Assembly: GCF_000619845.1 (NCBI RefSeq)
Contig: NZ_JHUX01000003.1
Span: 180,001-212,000, forward strand
DNA: 32,000 bases
From: Alkanindiges illinoisensis DSM 15370
GTDB lineage: Bacteria; Pseudomonadota; Gammaproteobacteria; Pseudomonadales; Moraxellaceae
Direction: 5' to 3'
In this document: one piece after another, positions 19,344 through 28,498 of the stretch
Position numbering within the stretch: the stretch's first letter is position 1
Layout of the letters: each line of letters begins with the position of its first letter
The notes under the pieces: model-generated
The model's input: only the letters and a program-made list of their open reading frames with translations
What the model was told of the DNA's origin: nothing
Databases searched by the model: none
Translations under genes and position numbers: made by a program

Positions 19344-20729
19344 ATGAGTATCAATTATATTCAACGGGGTGTTGTTGCAGCAGTATGTTCTATTGTCATT
19401 AGTCAACCCAGCATTGCAGCTGCGCCTGTTGATTTTTCGTCATTAGTTCAGACAGTAAGTCCTGCCGTAGTACGCGTTAATGTATCTAAAAAAATGAGTC
19501 AGGAAGAGTTATTACAACAACAAATGCCTGAATTATTACGCCGTTTTTTCGGTAATAATGTGCAAATCCCAAATCAACGTCTGCCACAGGAACAAAATGC
19601 CTATGGCAGTGCATTTTTTATCACTAAAGATGGTTATTTGCTTACTAACCACCATGTGATTGCCGATGCCAGCAAGGTAACCATAACATTAAATGACCGC
19701 CGTGAAATTGATGCCGAGCTAGTGGGTAGCGATGCACGTACCGATGTTGCTGTGCTGAAAGTAAAAGGCAGTGATTTTCCAGCCTTGCGTATCGGTGATG
19801 CCAACAGTCTGAAAGTGGGTGAACCTGTACTGGCCATTGGCTCACCGTTTGGTTTTGATTATTCTGCTTCCGCAGGTATTGTGAGTGCAAAGTCACGGAC
19901 CATGTCTCGTGAAAACGCAGTGCCATTTATTCAAACTGACGTTGCCCTAAATCCTGGTAACTCTGGTGGCCCATTATTCAACCGGGACGGAGAAGTAATC
20001 GGTATCAACTCACGCATCTTTAGTGGAACCGGCGGCTATATGGGTTTATCGTTTTCTATTCCAATTGATGTTGCTATGGATGTTGCCAATCAGATTATAA
20101 AAACTGGCAAGGTGTCCCGTGCTTATCTGGGTGTAATGTTGCAGGATATCGACCGAAACCTTGCCGAAGCTTATGAGTTGTCACGTCCAGAGGGAGCGCT
20201 GGTAACACAGGTTTCTGACGACACACCAGCCAGCAAGGCAGGTTTAAAGGCAGGGGATATTATCCTGTCCTATAATGGCACTCCAATTAATCGCACTACC
20301 GATCTAATTAACCTGATTAATCGCACCCGGCCAAACCAGACAGCAAGCATGGTCGTACAACGTAATAGCAAGCAGTTATCCTTAAGTGCCACATTGACCA
20401 GTGCGCCTGACGATACACCACCTGCTGAAAGCATGAAAACCGATCAGGGCAAAGGGCCTTCTCTCGGCATGCAATTGCGTGACTTAACACCAGCAGAAAG
20501 CCAGAGTTTAAAAATAAAAGGCGTCATTATTACTGATGTATTGCCGGGTGGTTTGGCCGCTCATGCGGGTTTACTGCCGGGAGATGTGATCACTAGCCTG
20601 AACAATACCCAAACACCAACAGCCACAGCATTACTGACTGCCATTCGTAGTCTTCCTTCAAACCGTGTGGTTCGGGTTGCAATTCAGCGCGATGGCGTTC
20701 CAGCAATTGTTGGGTTAAGGGTTGAATGA
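19344..20729 (+). CDS. degP: Periplasmic serine endoprotease, DegP/DegQ/MucD (HtrA) family, two PDZ domains
   Basis: It has a signal peptide (…ISQPSIAAAP) and the catalytic triad contexts TNHHVI, DVAVLKV and GNSGGPLF. Two PDZ-like segments are present (GVMLQDI...AGLKAGDIILSYNG; GVIITDVLPGGLAAHAGLLPGDVITSLN). The SD is AGGAAGG. Confidence 0.9.
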   Translation: MSINYIQRGVVAAVCSIVISQPSIAAAPVDFSSLVQTVSPAVVRVNVSKKMSQEELLQQQMPELLRRFFGNNVQIPNQRLPQEQNAYGSAFFITKDGYLLTNHHVIADASKVTITLNDRREIDAELVGSDARTDVAVLKVKGSDFPALRIGDANSLKVGEPVLAIGSPFGFDYSASAGIVSAKSRTMSRENAVPFIQTDVALNPGNSGGPLFNRDGEVIGINSRIFSGTGGYMGLSFSIPIDVAMDVANQIIKTGKVSRAYLGVMLQDIDRNLAEAYELSRPEGALVTQVSDDTPASKAGLKAGDIILSYNGTPINRTTDLINLINRTRPNQTASMVVQRNSKQLSLSATLTSAPDDTPPAESMKTDQGKGPSLGMQLRDLTPAESQSLKIKGVIITDVLPGGLAAHAGLLPGDVITSLNNTQTPTATALLTAIRSLPSNRVVRVAIQRDGVPAIVGLRVE

Positions 20730-20740
20730 AAATGATTCAA

Positions 20741-20764
20741 GCGGTATAGCTTTCCATGTACCGC
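20741..20764 (+). terminator. Stem-loop just after degP (weak terminator candidate) at the core/capsule-locus junction
   Basis: GCGGTA-N12-TACCGC starts 12 nt after the degP stop and is followed by TCCTTCAGTTTT. Confidence 0.4.
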
Positions 20765-20884
20765 TCCTTCAGTTTTATAAATTCTATATGGACTAATATA
20801 AAGTTCCTCTTTATAGTCACCGGGAATTATTAATAAAATCGTATTTATACGAATAGCGCTTGCTGACTAATTGATACCGATATT

Positions 20885-21697
20885 ATGGCTGAAGTAAACA
20901 AACCGATATACCGGCTTAAGCCCCGCAGTGGACTGGCTGTACAGTATGCTGCAATCCGGGCCTTATTTTTAAGGGAATTCCAAACTCGATTTGGACATTA
21001 TCGCCTTGGCTATGTATGGGCCATTTTAGAACCAGGTATGCTGGTATTCTTAAAGCTTGTATTGTTTGGCGGTATCATGGAACGTGCCATTCCTTATATG
21101 TCCTATACACTTTTTCTGGTTAATGGTGTACTACCAATTCGTATGTTTATGCGTTCGTCAACGCAATCCCTACATGCAGTATCTAGTAATAGGGGCTTGT
21201 TAAATTATCGTCCTGTAATGCCAGTTGATGCAGTAATTGCCCGTATATCTGTAGAAATGACATTATATTTTGGGGTATACAGCCTTTTTATGGTGGGCTT
21301 ACTCTACTTTGGTGAACCTATTAGTCTAAGTTATTTACCAAATTTATTCGTTTGCTGGTTTTTACTTTATATTTTTACTTTTGGCTTTGCATTAATTATG
21401 TGTTCTCTGGGTGATTTCTCAAAAGAAGTCGCAAAATTTGTTTCTTCATTCTTTATTATATTTTACTTAATGTCTGGCGTAATGTTTTCAATTAATAATG
21501 TGCCAGTGCAATTCCATCCTTATCTATTATGGAACCCGCTATTACATTGTCTAGAATTTATGCGTCATGCCGTATCACCCGAATATCCAGTGACTTACGT
21601 ATCTTTTAATTATCTATTAATAAGCACATTAGTTGTTTTATTTACTGGTCTTTTAATTTATAAATCACGCGAAAGAATAATGTTGACGTCAAAATGA
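20885..21697 (+). CDS. kpsM: Capsule polysaccharide ABC exporter permease KpsM (ABC-2 type)
   Basis: ALFLREFQTRFGHYRLGYVWAILEP, LLNYRPVMPVDAVIARISVEM, YLLWNPLLHCLEFMRHAV and C-terminal YKSRERIMLTSK parallel E. coli KpsM block by block (from memory). It is a six-TM ABC-2 permease, and its stop overlaps the kpsT start (ATGA). Confidence 0.92.
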   Translation: MAEVNKPIYRLKPRSGLAVQYAAIRALFLREFQTRFGHYRLGYVWAILEPGMLVFLKLVLFGGIMERAIPYMSYTLFLVNGVLPIRMFMRSSTQSLHAVSSNRGLLNYRPVMPVDAVIARISVEMTLYFGVYSLFMVGLLYFGEPISLSYLPNLFVCWFLLYIFTFGFALIMCSLGDFSKEVAKFVSSFFIIFYLMSGVMFSINNVPVQFHPYLLWNPLLHCLEFMRHAVSPEYPVTYVSFNYLLISTLVVLFTGLLIYKSRERIMLTSK

Positions 21698-22362
21698 TTA
21701 AACTAGAGAATTTGACAAAATCCTATGCCACAAAAAAAGGCCGACATTTCGTTTTCCGTAATTTAAATATTACTTTGCCTGGTGGAAAAAGCGTTGCCTT
21801 GATTGGTAAAAATGGTGCAGGGAAGAGTACACTACTACGTATTATTGGCGGTATAGATCATGCAGATTCTGGCCAAGTAGTTTCTAATGCTTCTATTTCT
21901 TGGCCAGTAGGGCTAGCAGGTGGTTTCCAGGGTAGCTTAACGGGTCGGCAAAATGTCCGTTTTGTTTCCCGATTATTTGTCCCAGAAAGCAAAGTTGATG
22001 ATATTGTACGCTACGTGGAAGACTTTGCCGAGTTAGGCAAATACTTTGATATGCCAATAAAAATTTATTCATCGGGGATGCGTTCACGTTTGGGGTTTGG
22101 CTTAAGTATGGCATTTGACTTTGATTACTACTTGCTGGATGAGGTCGGCGCTCCTGGTGATGCGCAGTTTAAAGCCAAAAGTAAGGTTTTATTAGATAAT
22201 CTAAAGAAGAACTCTAACATTATTATGGTGTCCCATAATTTAAATGACCTGACAGAGCATTGTGATGTCGCCCTCTTTGTTAAGGAAGGCAATGCTTATT
22301 ATTTTGATAGTGTTGAGGAAGCAGTAGAGGTTTATAAAGAATATGCACTGGCTCAGAAATAA
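21694..22362 (+). CDS. kpsT: Capsule polysaccharide ABC exporter ATPase KpsT
   Basis: MIKLENLTKSY..GRHFVFRNLNI, Walker A GKNGAGKSTLLRIIGGID, ISWPVGLAGGFQGSLTGRQNV, and ELGKYFDMPIKIYSSGMRSRLGFGLSMAFDFDYYLLDE are near-identical runs to E. coli KpsT as I recall it. Confidence 0.93.
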   Translation: MIKLENLTKSYATKKGRHFVFRNLNITLPGGKSVALIGKNGAGKSTLLRIIGGIDHADSGQVVSNASISWPVGLAGGFQGSLTGRQNVRFVSRLFVPESKVDDIVRYVEDFAELGKYFDMPIKIYSSGMRSRLGFGLSMAFDFDYYLLDEVGAPGDAQFKAKSKVLLDNLKKNSNIIMVSHNLNDLTEHCDVALFVKEGNAYYFDSVEEAVEVYKEYALAQK

Positions 22363-23446
22363 TTCTACCTGGTTGAGTTTTATTGCAGTAGTAATCATCC
22401 CATTACTGTTTATAGCTTTCTACTTGTTTACCATAGCTGAAAATCGTTATGTTTCTACTTCTACAGTAGTGGTGAAGCAAATTGGAGATATAGGTGGAAG
22501 CCAAACCAACGGTTTAGGTATCTTATTAGGGGTTAATAATACCAGTAGTGAAGATGCACATTTCCTTAAAGCTTACATTCAATCTCCTGACCTGATTTAT
22601 GCGCTGGATAAACAGTTGAATTTACGTAAAGCATTTGCAGGTAATGGAGGTGATCCGATTTTTGAATTATCTTCTAATGCTTCCAAAGAGGATTTGGTAA
22701 AGTATTTTAATAGACGGGTTACCCTAACGTTTGATGAAAAAAACTCGATGTTGACGGTTAAAACAGAAGGCTTTACACCTCAGTTTGCACTAAAATTGAA
22801 TCAGGCTATTTTAAAACTTAGTGAAAGCTTTATTAACCAGATTTCACAGCGAGTAGCGCGTGATCAGCTGGTGTTTGCGCAGACTCAGTTACAAGAGGCA
22901 GCTAGTAATCTAAAGCAGTCCCGTGAAAATCTGATTAGTTATCAAAACAGGAATCAGATGCTGGATCCGCAAACTACAGCTCTGGCGACTTCAAGATTAG
23001 TAATGCAACTTCAGAGCCAGTTAGCAGATTTGCAAACTCAGGAACGCACGTTACTCAGCTACCTCAATCCAGAGGCATCACAAGTAGTGGCATTACATAG
23101 CCAGATTAATGCTGTACAGCAACAAATAACCCAAGAGCAAGGCAAGCTAACTTCACCGCAGGGCGGTACCAAGTTAAACCGACGCTCTGCTGATTTTGAA
23201 GAATTAAAAGCCAAAGTGGAATTTAGCACGGATCTTTATAAACTTGCACTTGGTTCCCTGGAAAAAGCTCGATTGGAAGCAGTGCGTAAATTAAAGAATG
23301 TCGTTATTATTACAAGTCCCCAATTAGCACAGGATGCGTATTATCCACGCAAGGGCTATATTTTACTCTCAAGTTTCTTAATTTTTACCATTATATTTGG
23401 AATAGGGCAGTTGGTTGCTTCTATTATCCGTGAGCATCGGGAGTAA
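22343..23446 (+). CDS. kpsE: Capsule export inner-membrane/periplasmic adaptor KpsE (PCP-3 family, CtrB/BexC-like)
   Basis: 367 aa. It has an N-terminal TM helix (WLSFIAVVIIPLLFIAFYLF) followed by ENRYVSTSTVVVKQ, a long coiled-coil periplasmic region, and a C-terminal hydrophobic helix. Its position between kpsT (20-nt overlap) and kpsD supports the call. Confidence 0.82.
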   Translation: MHWLRNNSTWLSFIAVVIIPLLFIAFYLFTIAENRYVSTSTVVVKQIGDIGGSQTNGLGILLGVNNTSSEDAHFLKAYIQSPDLIYALDKQLNLRKAFAGNGGDPIFELSSNASKEDLVKYFNRRVTLTFDEKNSMLTVKTEGFTPQFALKLNQAILKLSESFINQISQRVARDQLVFAQTQLQEAASNLKQSRENLISYQNRNQMLDPQTTALATSRLVMQLQSQLADLQTQERTLLSYLNPEASQVVALHSQINAVQQQITQEQGKLTSPQGGTKLNRRSADFEELKAKVEFSTDLYKLALGSLEKARLEAVRKLKNVVIITSPQLAQDAYYPRKGYILLSSFLIFTIIFGIGQLVASIIREHRE

Positions 23447-23452
23447 GTTCTC

Positions 23453-25174
23453 ATGAAGCATTCAAGTTTGTTCCTAGGTATTGCGATTGTTATAAGTACC
23501 TATAGCCATGCTGCAGTTATTGACGATTTGCTTCCAGATACGAATGACTACGTGGCTGGTCCTGCCAATACTACCCGTCAGACCCCATTAAATACTGCAG
23601 AGGCAAATACAGCTCAGGCGCAAGCTGCTGCTATGTTGCAACCAAATGCAATTTTAAATCTTGGTAATTCAAGGCCAGTTTCTTTAAATCAAAATTCGCG
23701 TATGTTTGGTGCCCAGTTATTTAAGGGTGCTTTTGCCAGTAGTTCTGGGAGTACGTTTAATTCAAGCTACATTATTAATCCCGGCGATAATATTCAATTG
23801 CGACTTTGGGGGGCATATCAGTTTGCTGGTACATTAACTGTAGACCCTCAAGGCAATATTTTTGTACCAAACGTTGGGCCGCTTAAAGTTGCCGGGGTCA
23901 GCAATGGTCAGCTACAAAATATAGTTCAGCAAGCAGTACGCCGCGTATATGTATCCAATGTGGGTGTCTATGCTGCTTTGGAGCAAGCCCAACCTGTTAA
24001 GGTATTAGTTACAGGCGCAGTAGTCCAGCCAGGCTCTTATGGTGGCGTTTCAAGCGATTCTATACTGGCATATCTGGACCGTGCAGGTGGAGTTGATCCA
24101 GATCGTGGCAGTTATGTTGATATTCAAATTCTGAGAAATGGAAGATTTGTTCAGCAGGTTAATCTTTATGATTTCCTGCTGGCCGGGCAGTTACAGAATT
24201 TTGCCTTTAAGGATGGTGATGTAATTGTAGTGGCCCCACGTAAGCATACATTTTCTATTAATGGAGAAGTCTACAATGCTTACGATTTTGAGTTTGATGT
24301 ACCCCAACTTACCGTAGGCAAGGCACTATCAGTGGCTCGCCTTAAACCAGGTGCAACACACATTAGTATCAGCCGTCGTCAGGGTGCAGAGTATCGTAGT
24401 GAATACTACAGCATTGCACAAGCGCAAAATGTTGTATTACAGGATGGCGATGTAGTTGCGGTAACAGCAGATCGTTATGCTGGCACTATTCAGGTAAGAG
24501 TAGAGGGAGCCCATCAAGGTGCGCATGCAGTTGTATTGCCTTATGGTGCCACACTAAAACAGGTTATTCAGCAAATTCAGCCTAATGCATTATCGCAAAT
24601 TAATGCGATCCAATTGTTCCGTCCTTCTGTCGCGCAACGTCAAAAGGAAATGCTTAACTTGTCGTTAGATAAGCTTGAGGAGTCGACTTTATCGGTACGT
24701 TCGGCTACCCGTGAAGAGGCAGAACTTCGTTTGAAAGATGCAGAGTTAATTAAACAGTTTATTACTAAAGCACGTGTAGTACAGCCTAAAGGTCAGGTTA
24801 TCTTAAATAAAAATAATTGGGATAATATTATTTTAGAGCAAGGTGATGTGTTAAATATTCCTGAAAAAACCTCTGTTACCATGGTTCATGGTGAAGTTAT
24901 GTTCCCAAATGCTCTAAGCTGGCAGCCTGATCAACGAATTGATTATTATATCAAACAGGTGGGTGGTTATACACAGAAATCGAATAAATCCAAGTTAATA
25001 GTTGTTCATCAAAATGGTGAAGCGGAACAGGTCAGTAATAGTTATATTATCAAACAAGGCGATGAAATTATGGTCTTGCCAAAAGTTTCTACAAAAAGTG
25101 TTGAAATTGGTAGAGGTTTAACGCAGATTATTTATCAAATCGCTATTGCGGCTAAAGTTGTGTTTGATCTTTAA
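23453..25174 (+). CDS. kpsD: Capsule export periplasmic/outer-membrane protein KpsD
   Basis: There is a signal peptide, then SRMFGAQLFKGAF, LRLWGAYQFAGTLTVDPQGNIFVPNVGPLKVAGVSNGQL, RYAGTIQVRVEGAHQGAHAVVLPYG and RPSVAQRQKEMLNLSLDKLEE. These are long runs shared with E. coli KpsD as I recall it. The length (573 aa) fits KpsD rather than the shorter CtrA/Wza. Confidence 0.92.
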   Translation: MKHSSLFLGIAIVISTYSHAAVIDDLLPDTNDYVAGPANTTRQTPLNTAEANTAQAQAAAMLQPNAILNLGNSRPVSLNQNSRMFGAQLFKGAFASSSGSTFNSSYIINPGDNIQLRLWGAYQFAGTLTVDPQGNIFVPNVGPLKVAGVSNGQLQNIVQQAVRRVYVSNVGVYAALEQAQPVKVLVTGAVVQPGSYGGVSSDSILAYLDRAGGVDPDRGSYVDIQILRNGRFVQQVNLYDFLLAGQLQNFAFKDGDVIVVAPRKHTFSINGEVYNAYDFEFDVPQLTVGKALSVARLKPGATHISISRRQGAEYRSEYYSIAQAQNVVLQDGDVVAVTADRYAGTIQVRVEGAHQGAHAVVLPYGATLKQVIQQIQPNALSQINAIQLFRPSVAQRQKEMLNLSLDKLEESTLSVRSATREEAELRLKDAELIKQFITKARVVQPKGQVILNKNNWDNIILEQGDVLNIPEKTSVTMVHGEVMFPNALSWQPDQRIDYYIKQVGGYTQKSNKSKLIVVHQNGEAEQVSNSYIIKQGDEIMVLPKVSTKSVEIGRGLTQIIYQIAIAAKVVFDL

Positions 25175-25184
25175 AATCCTTAAA

Positions 25185-25212
25185 GGTGTACCATGTCGTT
25201 GTATGGTATACC
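25185..25212 (+). terminator. Stem-loop 10 nt after kpsD (possible terminator or attenuator)
   Basis: GGTGTACCAT-N8-ATGGTATACC forms 10 bp including one G.U pair. There is no clean U-tract (…TGACTTTG), so termination activity is uncertain. Confidence 0.35.
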
Positions 25213-25376
25213 TGACTTTGAATCTAATCTAGGATTTTTAATCTTAAAGGTAATGTTTAACACTGGATCAATAGTACTTATTGCTTAAATAATTCTATTA
25301 TTATAGTTTTACGTTCAAATGATTGTTAAGTTCATAACCGAAATTTTACAATAGTTTAAATCAATTTATGTAGGGC

Positions 25377-28274
25377 ATGATGGAAGAGCAAACCTTAATT
25401 CTAAATGGGCTAGAAATTAAATATAAATTTAAAGAAAAAAAGTATGATTGTGAACATTTAATTATTATATTTTCAGGATTTGCGCCTTATAAAGAGTTTA
25501 CTTATGATTTTGAAAACTCATTGGCTGTAAGCCGTGCTAATGTATTATGGATCAAAGACGATTTTAAAGAACATGCTTGTTATTATTTATGCCAAGATAT
25601 GGATTTTTACATCGAAGAAATAATTTATCAATTTATTGAACAAAAAATAAAAGAGCTGAATCTTAACCAAAAAAATGTAACGTTATTAGGATTGTCAAAG
25701 GGAGGAAGTGCAGCTCTGTATTATGGTTTGAAGTATAATTTTTCTAATATTGTATGTGCAGTACCTCAAATAAAAATTGCTTCTTATGTGTTAGGAAAAA
25801 CAAAAGTCACTGCAAAAAAAGCATCAGTAGTTGCAAAGCATATGCTAGGAGAGCATCCTCAGGCACACCATATAGTACAGCTAGATAATCTGATCCCAAG
25901 TCTTATAAAAGAAGATCAACAACTTAATAAGAATATTTATTTATTAACAGGCAAGGCTGATCCGCAATATTATACTGAAATAGAACCTATATTACCCCTA
26001 TTACGTAAATACCAAAACTTTAATTTGATTGTTTCTGAGTCTGTTTATGCAAAAAACCATGAACATATTATAAGACATAATAGTCCTTTACTAATACATC
26101 TATTAGGTTTATTAAGCGATAATTTATCTGTTTATCTAAACAACCAAAAATTTGAAAATAATCAGTATAGTATTAAAGATAAATCAGCAGAACCTATAGT
26201 TACTGTTGAAGCATTATCTTTAAAAGAGGAATGCTTATTTATAGAGGGTGTGGCATTATTAAGAGGTCTAGAAGCTGCTAATTGGGAAGATGTAAAATAT
26301 ACATTATATTTAAAAAATGCCCAACGTAATTATTCTTTTTATTTAAATAAAGGTAATCGGCCTTATTTAACACAAAAGTATTTTAATGGTGACCAAGTTA
26401 TATACGATAAAGCATATTACAAAACAAATAATGGAATTCATCTTATTAATATAGTAGAGCCAGGTATATATCATTTTAATCTTGAAGTTTGCTGTCAAGG
26501 TATTACTAAAAATGTAAAGCTTTGCACTAGCCAGCCCCTGAGTCTAACAGCTACCTCATGTGGTCATGTTTACCAAATTAGTAGTAAATCTAATGGTATT
26601 ACACTTAATGTTAAAGCTATTAGTAATTGGTCATTAAGTCAGCAATTAGATATTTTTCAGAAACAATTTAAAAAATCTGGCAAAATATGGCTATATAAAG
26701 ATAATATTTTGGCTATGCATTTTGAGAATGAAATATCCACTTTGATTATTGATGTAGTAGAAGGGAATGAAACTATTGAGATACGTTATTTCGATAAATT
26801 CCGTATTTTTACACAAGAAATTCAAGAAATTATAAATAATTTATCTGGTTCTTCACAATTAAAAAATCAGAAAGTTATAGTAAAAGTTCAACGAAAATCT
26901 ATATCAAACATTTATAGTTATTTAAATGATAATATAGGAGAGTTTTATAGGCAGTTTACTCAAAAGTTTAATGATTATTCTTACCATGAAAAGTTTACTC
27001 TAGGCAATAAAGCCTTGACGAGTAAAATCATTGCTAAACGTAGCAAGGGAGAAAGAATCTCTGTTGGTTTACTCGTTAATGATCGAACAAAATGGAATTA
27101 TGAAAGTCTGTATTATAGCTTAAATCAGAGTCAAGAGTTTAGTGTAAGGATTCTGCTAGCTCGATTACCTAGCTTTGATGATCAAGATTATGAATTAAAC
27201 AAAGAATTTTTTAGACAGATTGATAATAATATTTTATACATCAGTGAAATGGATCAGAAGGGCCGTATAAATATAATTGCTGATCAATTTGATATAATGT
27301 TTTACCAGCAACCATGGGGAATGCGATATTGGGTTAAATCACTACATACTAAAATCCTTGGATGTTTTACTCATTATGGTTATTTAATATTCGAAGATAA
27401 ACTTGATTACTGTATTGATGATTTTCATCCATTCATTTGGCGCTTCTTCGCACAAAATGAATTGCATAAACTTAATCACATTAAATTTACCCCAGCAGCT
27501 TCAGAGAGAATTCGTGTTTCTGGCTATGCCAAAATGGATGCTTATCAAGTATCAGTCCAGTCTTCTTTAGATTCAATTTGGCCGACAAATGTTGAGTCAG
27601 CTCATAGTCGAATTATTTACGCTCCCCATCATTCTGTAGGACCTTCTTTATTAAAGATAGGGACTTTTGATTGGAATCATCAAAAAATTCAGGATTTAAT
27701 GCTAAAGTATCTAGATACAGCATGGGTATATAAACCTCATGGGCGTTTGCGTTATATGGTGGCTGAACATAATATTATGACTGATGAGCAGTATCAAAAT
27801 TATCTGGGACGCTGGGCGACAAATCATAGTATTATTTACGATAATGGGAATTACTTTGATCTATTTAAAACTTCTGACGTATTAATAACTGATAGCAGTT
27901 CGTTTTTGGCGGAGTATTTCCCTACTGGTAAACCAATTATTTGGCTAGTATCTGCACGCAGTAAAATGAAGTTTAATGATTTTGGTAAACGTCTTACAGA
28001 TGGATTTTACAAAGTACATAACCTTGAAGAGCTTGAAAGCGTCTTTAACCAAGTAGTTATCCAAAAATATGATCCATTATTAAGTGTAAGGCAACAGATC
28101 ATCCAAGAATGTTTTGCTTTTAAAGCAAGTAGTGCTGAGAAGATTCATCAGTTTCTATTGGAAGAATTTCCTAAGTCTATTGTTTCACCACCAGCTAAAC
28201 CCTTGCATAGAACAACTACTGGCTCTAACTTGATAAAACTGTTTAGGAGAGCAAAAAAGTATTTAAGTAAATAG
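25377..28274 (+). CDS. 965-aa multidomain capsule 'region 2' enzyme: N-terminal alpha/beta-hydrolase-fold module + central beta-rich module + C-terminal TagF-like (CDP-alditol phosphotransferase-type, GT-B) module; candidate capsule polymerase
   Basis: aa 1-250: HLIIIFSGF..., nucleophile elbow LLGLSKGGSAALYYG (Ser107, codon 25695-25697), LLTGKADPQYY (Asp195), and NHEHIIRH (His228/230/234). aa ~270-420: a pattern of the type L.IEGVALLRG...YTLYLKN...FYL, as found in the N-terminal beta-sandwich of TagF-family enzymes. aa ~555-950: RISVGLLVND..., IIYAPHHS (Y748-S753), VYKPHGRL, and DVLITDSSSFLAEYFPTGKPIIWL (D839), resembling the YAPT(W/F)R ... LITDYSS...KPII motifs of TagF/TarF-type enzymes. A basic amphipathic C-terminal tail is present. 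The assignment is by motif only. Confidence 0.6.
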   Translation: MMEEQTLILNGLEIKYKFKEKKYDCEHLIIIFSGFAPYKEFTYDFENSLAVSRANVLWIKDDFKEHACYYLCQDMDFYIEEIIYQFIEQKIKELNLNQKNVTLLGLSKGGSAALYYGLKYNFSNIVCAVPQIKIASYVLGKTKVTAKKASVVAKHMLGEHPQAHHIVQLDNLIPSLIKEDQQLNKNIYLLTGKADPQYYTEIEPILPLLRKYQNFNLIVSESVYAKNHEHIIRHNSPLLIHLLGLLSDNLSVYLNNQKFENNQYSIKDKSAEPIVTVEALSLKEECLFIEGVALLRGLEAANWEDVKYTLYLKNAQRNYSFYLNKGNRPYLTQKYFNGDQVIYDKAYYKTNNGIHLINIVEPGIYHFNLEVCCQGITKNVKLCTSQPLSLTATSCGHVYQISSKSNGITLNVKAISNWSLSQQLDIFQKQFKKSGKIWLYKDNILAMHFENEISTLIIDVVEGNETIEIRYFDKFRIFTQEIQEIINNLSGSSQLKNQKVIVKVQRKSISNIYSYLNDNIGEFYRQFTQKFNDYSYHEKFTLGNKALTSKIIAKRSKGERISVGLLVNDRTKWNYESLYYSLNQSQEFSVRILLARLPSFDDQDYELNKEFFRQIDNNILYISEMDQKGRINIIADQFDIMFYQQPWGMRYWVKSLHTKILGCFTHYGYLIFEDKLDYCIDDFHPFIWRFFAQNELHKLNHIKFTPAASERIRVSGYAKMDAYQVSVQSSLDSIWPTNVESAHSRIIYAPHHSVGPSLLKIGTFDWNHQKIQDLMLKYLDTAWVYKPHGRLRYMVAEHNIMTDEQYQNYLGRWATNHSIIYDNGNYFDLFKTSDVLITDSSSFLAEYFPTGKPIIWLVSARSKMKFNDFGKRLTDGFYKVHNLEELESVFNQVVIQKYDPLLSVRQQIIQECFAFKASSAEKIHQFLLEEFPKSIVSPPAKPLHRTTTGSNLIKLFRRAKKYLSK

Positions 28275-28297
28275 CCAGTGAATCTTTTTTATCTATG

Positions 28298-28349
28298 AAA
28301 TCTATATCTGTACAGTTCTAATTTTTGAAAATTAGAACTGTATAGATTT
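28298..28349 (+). terminator. Long imperfect AT-rich hairpin 24 nt after the 965-aa ORF (probable terminator)
   Basis: The inner stem pairs CAGTTCTAATTTT (28313-28325) with AAAATTAGAACTG (28328-28340). The outer stem pairs AAATCTATA (28298-28306) with TATAGATTT (28341-28349). A 6-nt bulge separates the two on the left arm, giving 22 bp in total. Confidence 0.45.
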
Positions 28350-28498
28350 AATGCAAATTAACATTTATGGAATTTCTGTGGCCTTGAATAATTGGCTAAA
28401 AATTCTATCTTTCTAATTTTGTAAAAAATATTGCAACCAGATTGCAATTTTACTCTATATTAATAGTATAGATTCTTTTGTTAATCTTTAGGCCTAAA

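Noticed and set aside
20739-20752. ops/JUMPStart-like sequence (AAGCGGTATAGC versus the RfaH ops core GGCGGTAG) in the kpsM leader, as found upstream of E. coli kpsM
   Set aside because: Only GCGGTA matches, and the critical following G is replaced or offset by an inserted T. The bases form the left arm of the post-degP hairpin. I cannot confirm that an RfaH homologue exists in this organism. It is worth a genome-wide check but is not supportable from this window.
25175-25258. Direct repeat AATC(C)TTAAAGGT at 25175 and 25241 flanking the post-kpsD hairpin, as possible recombination or att-like scars at the export-block/cassette junction
   Set aside because: The match is only ~11 nt and imperfect in AT-rich DNA, with no second copy at another junction in the window. 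The evidence is insufficient.
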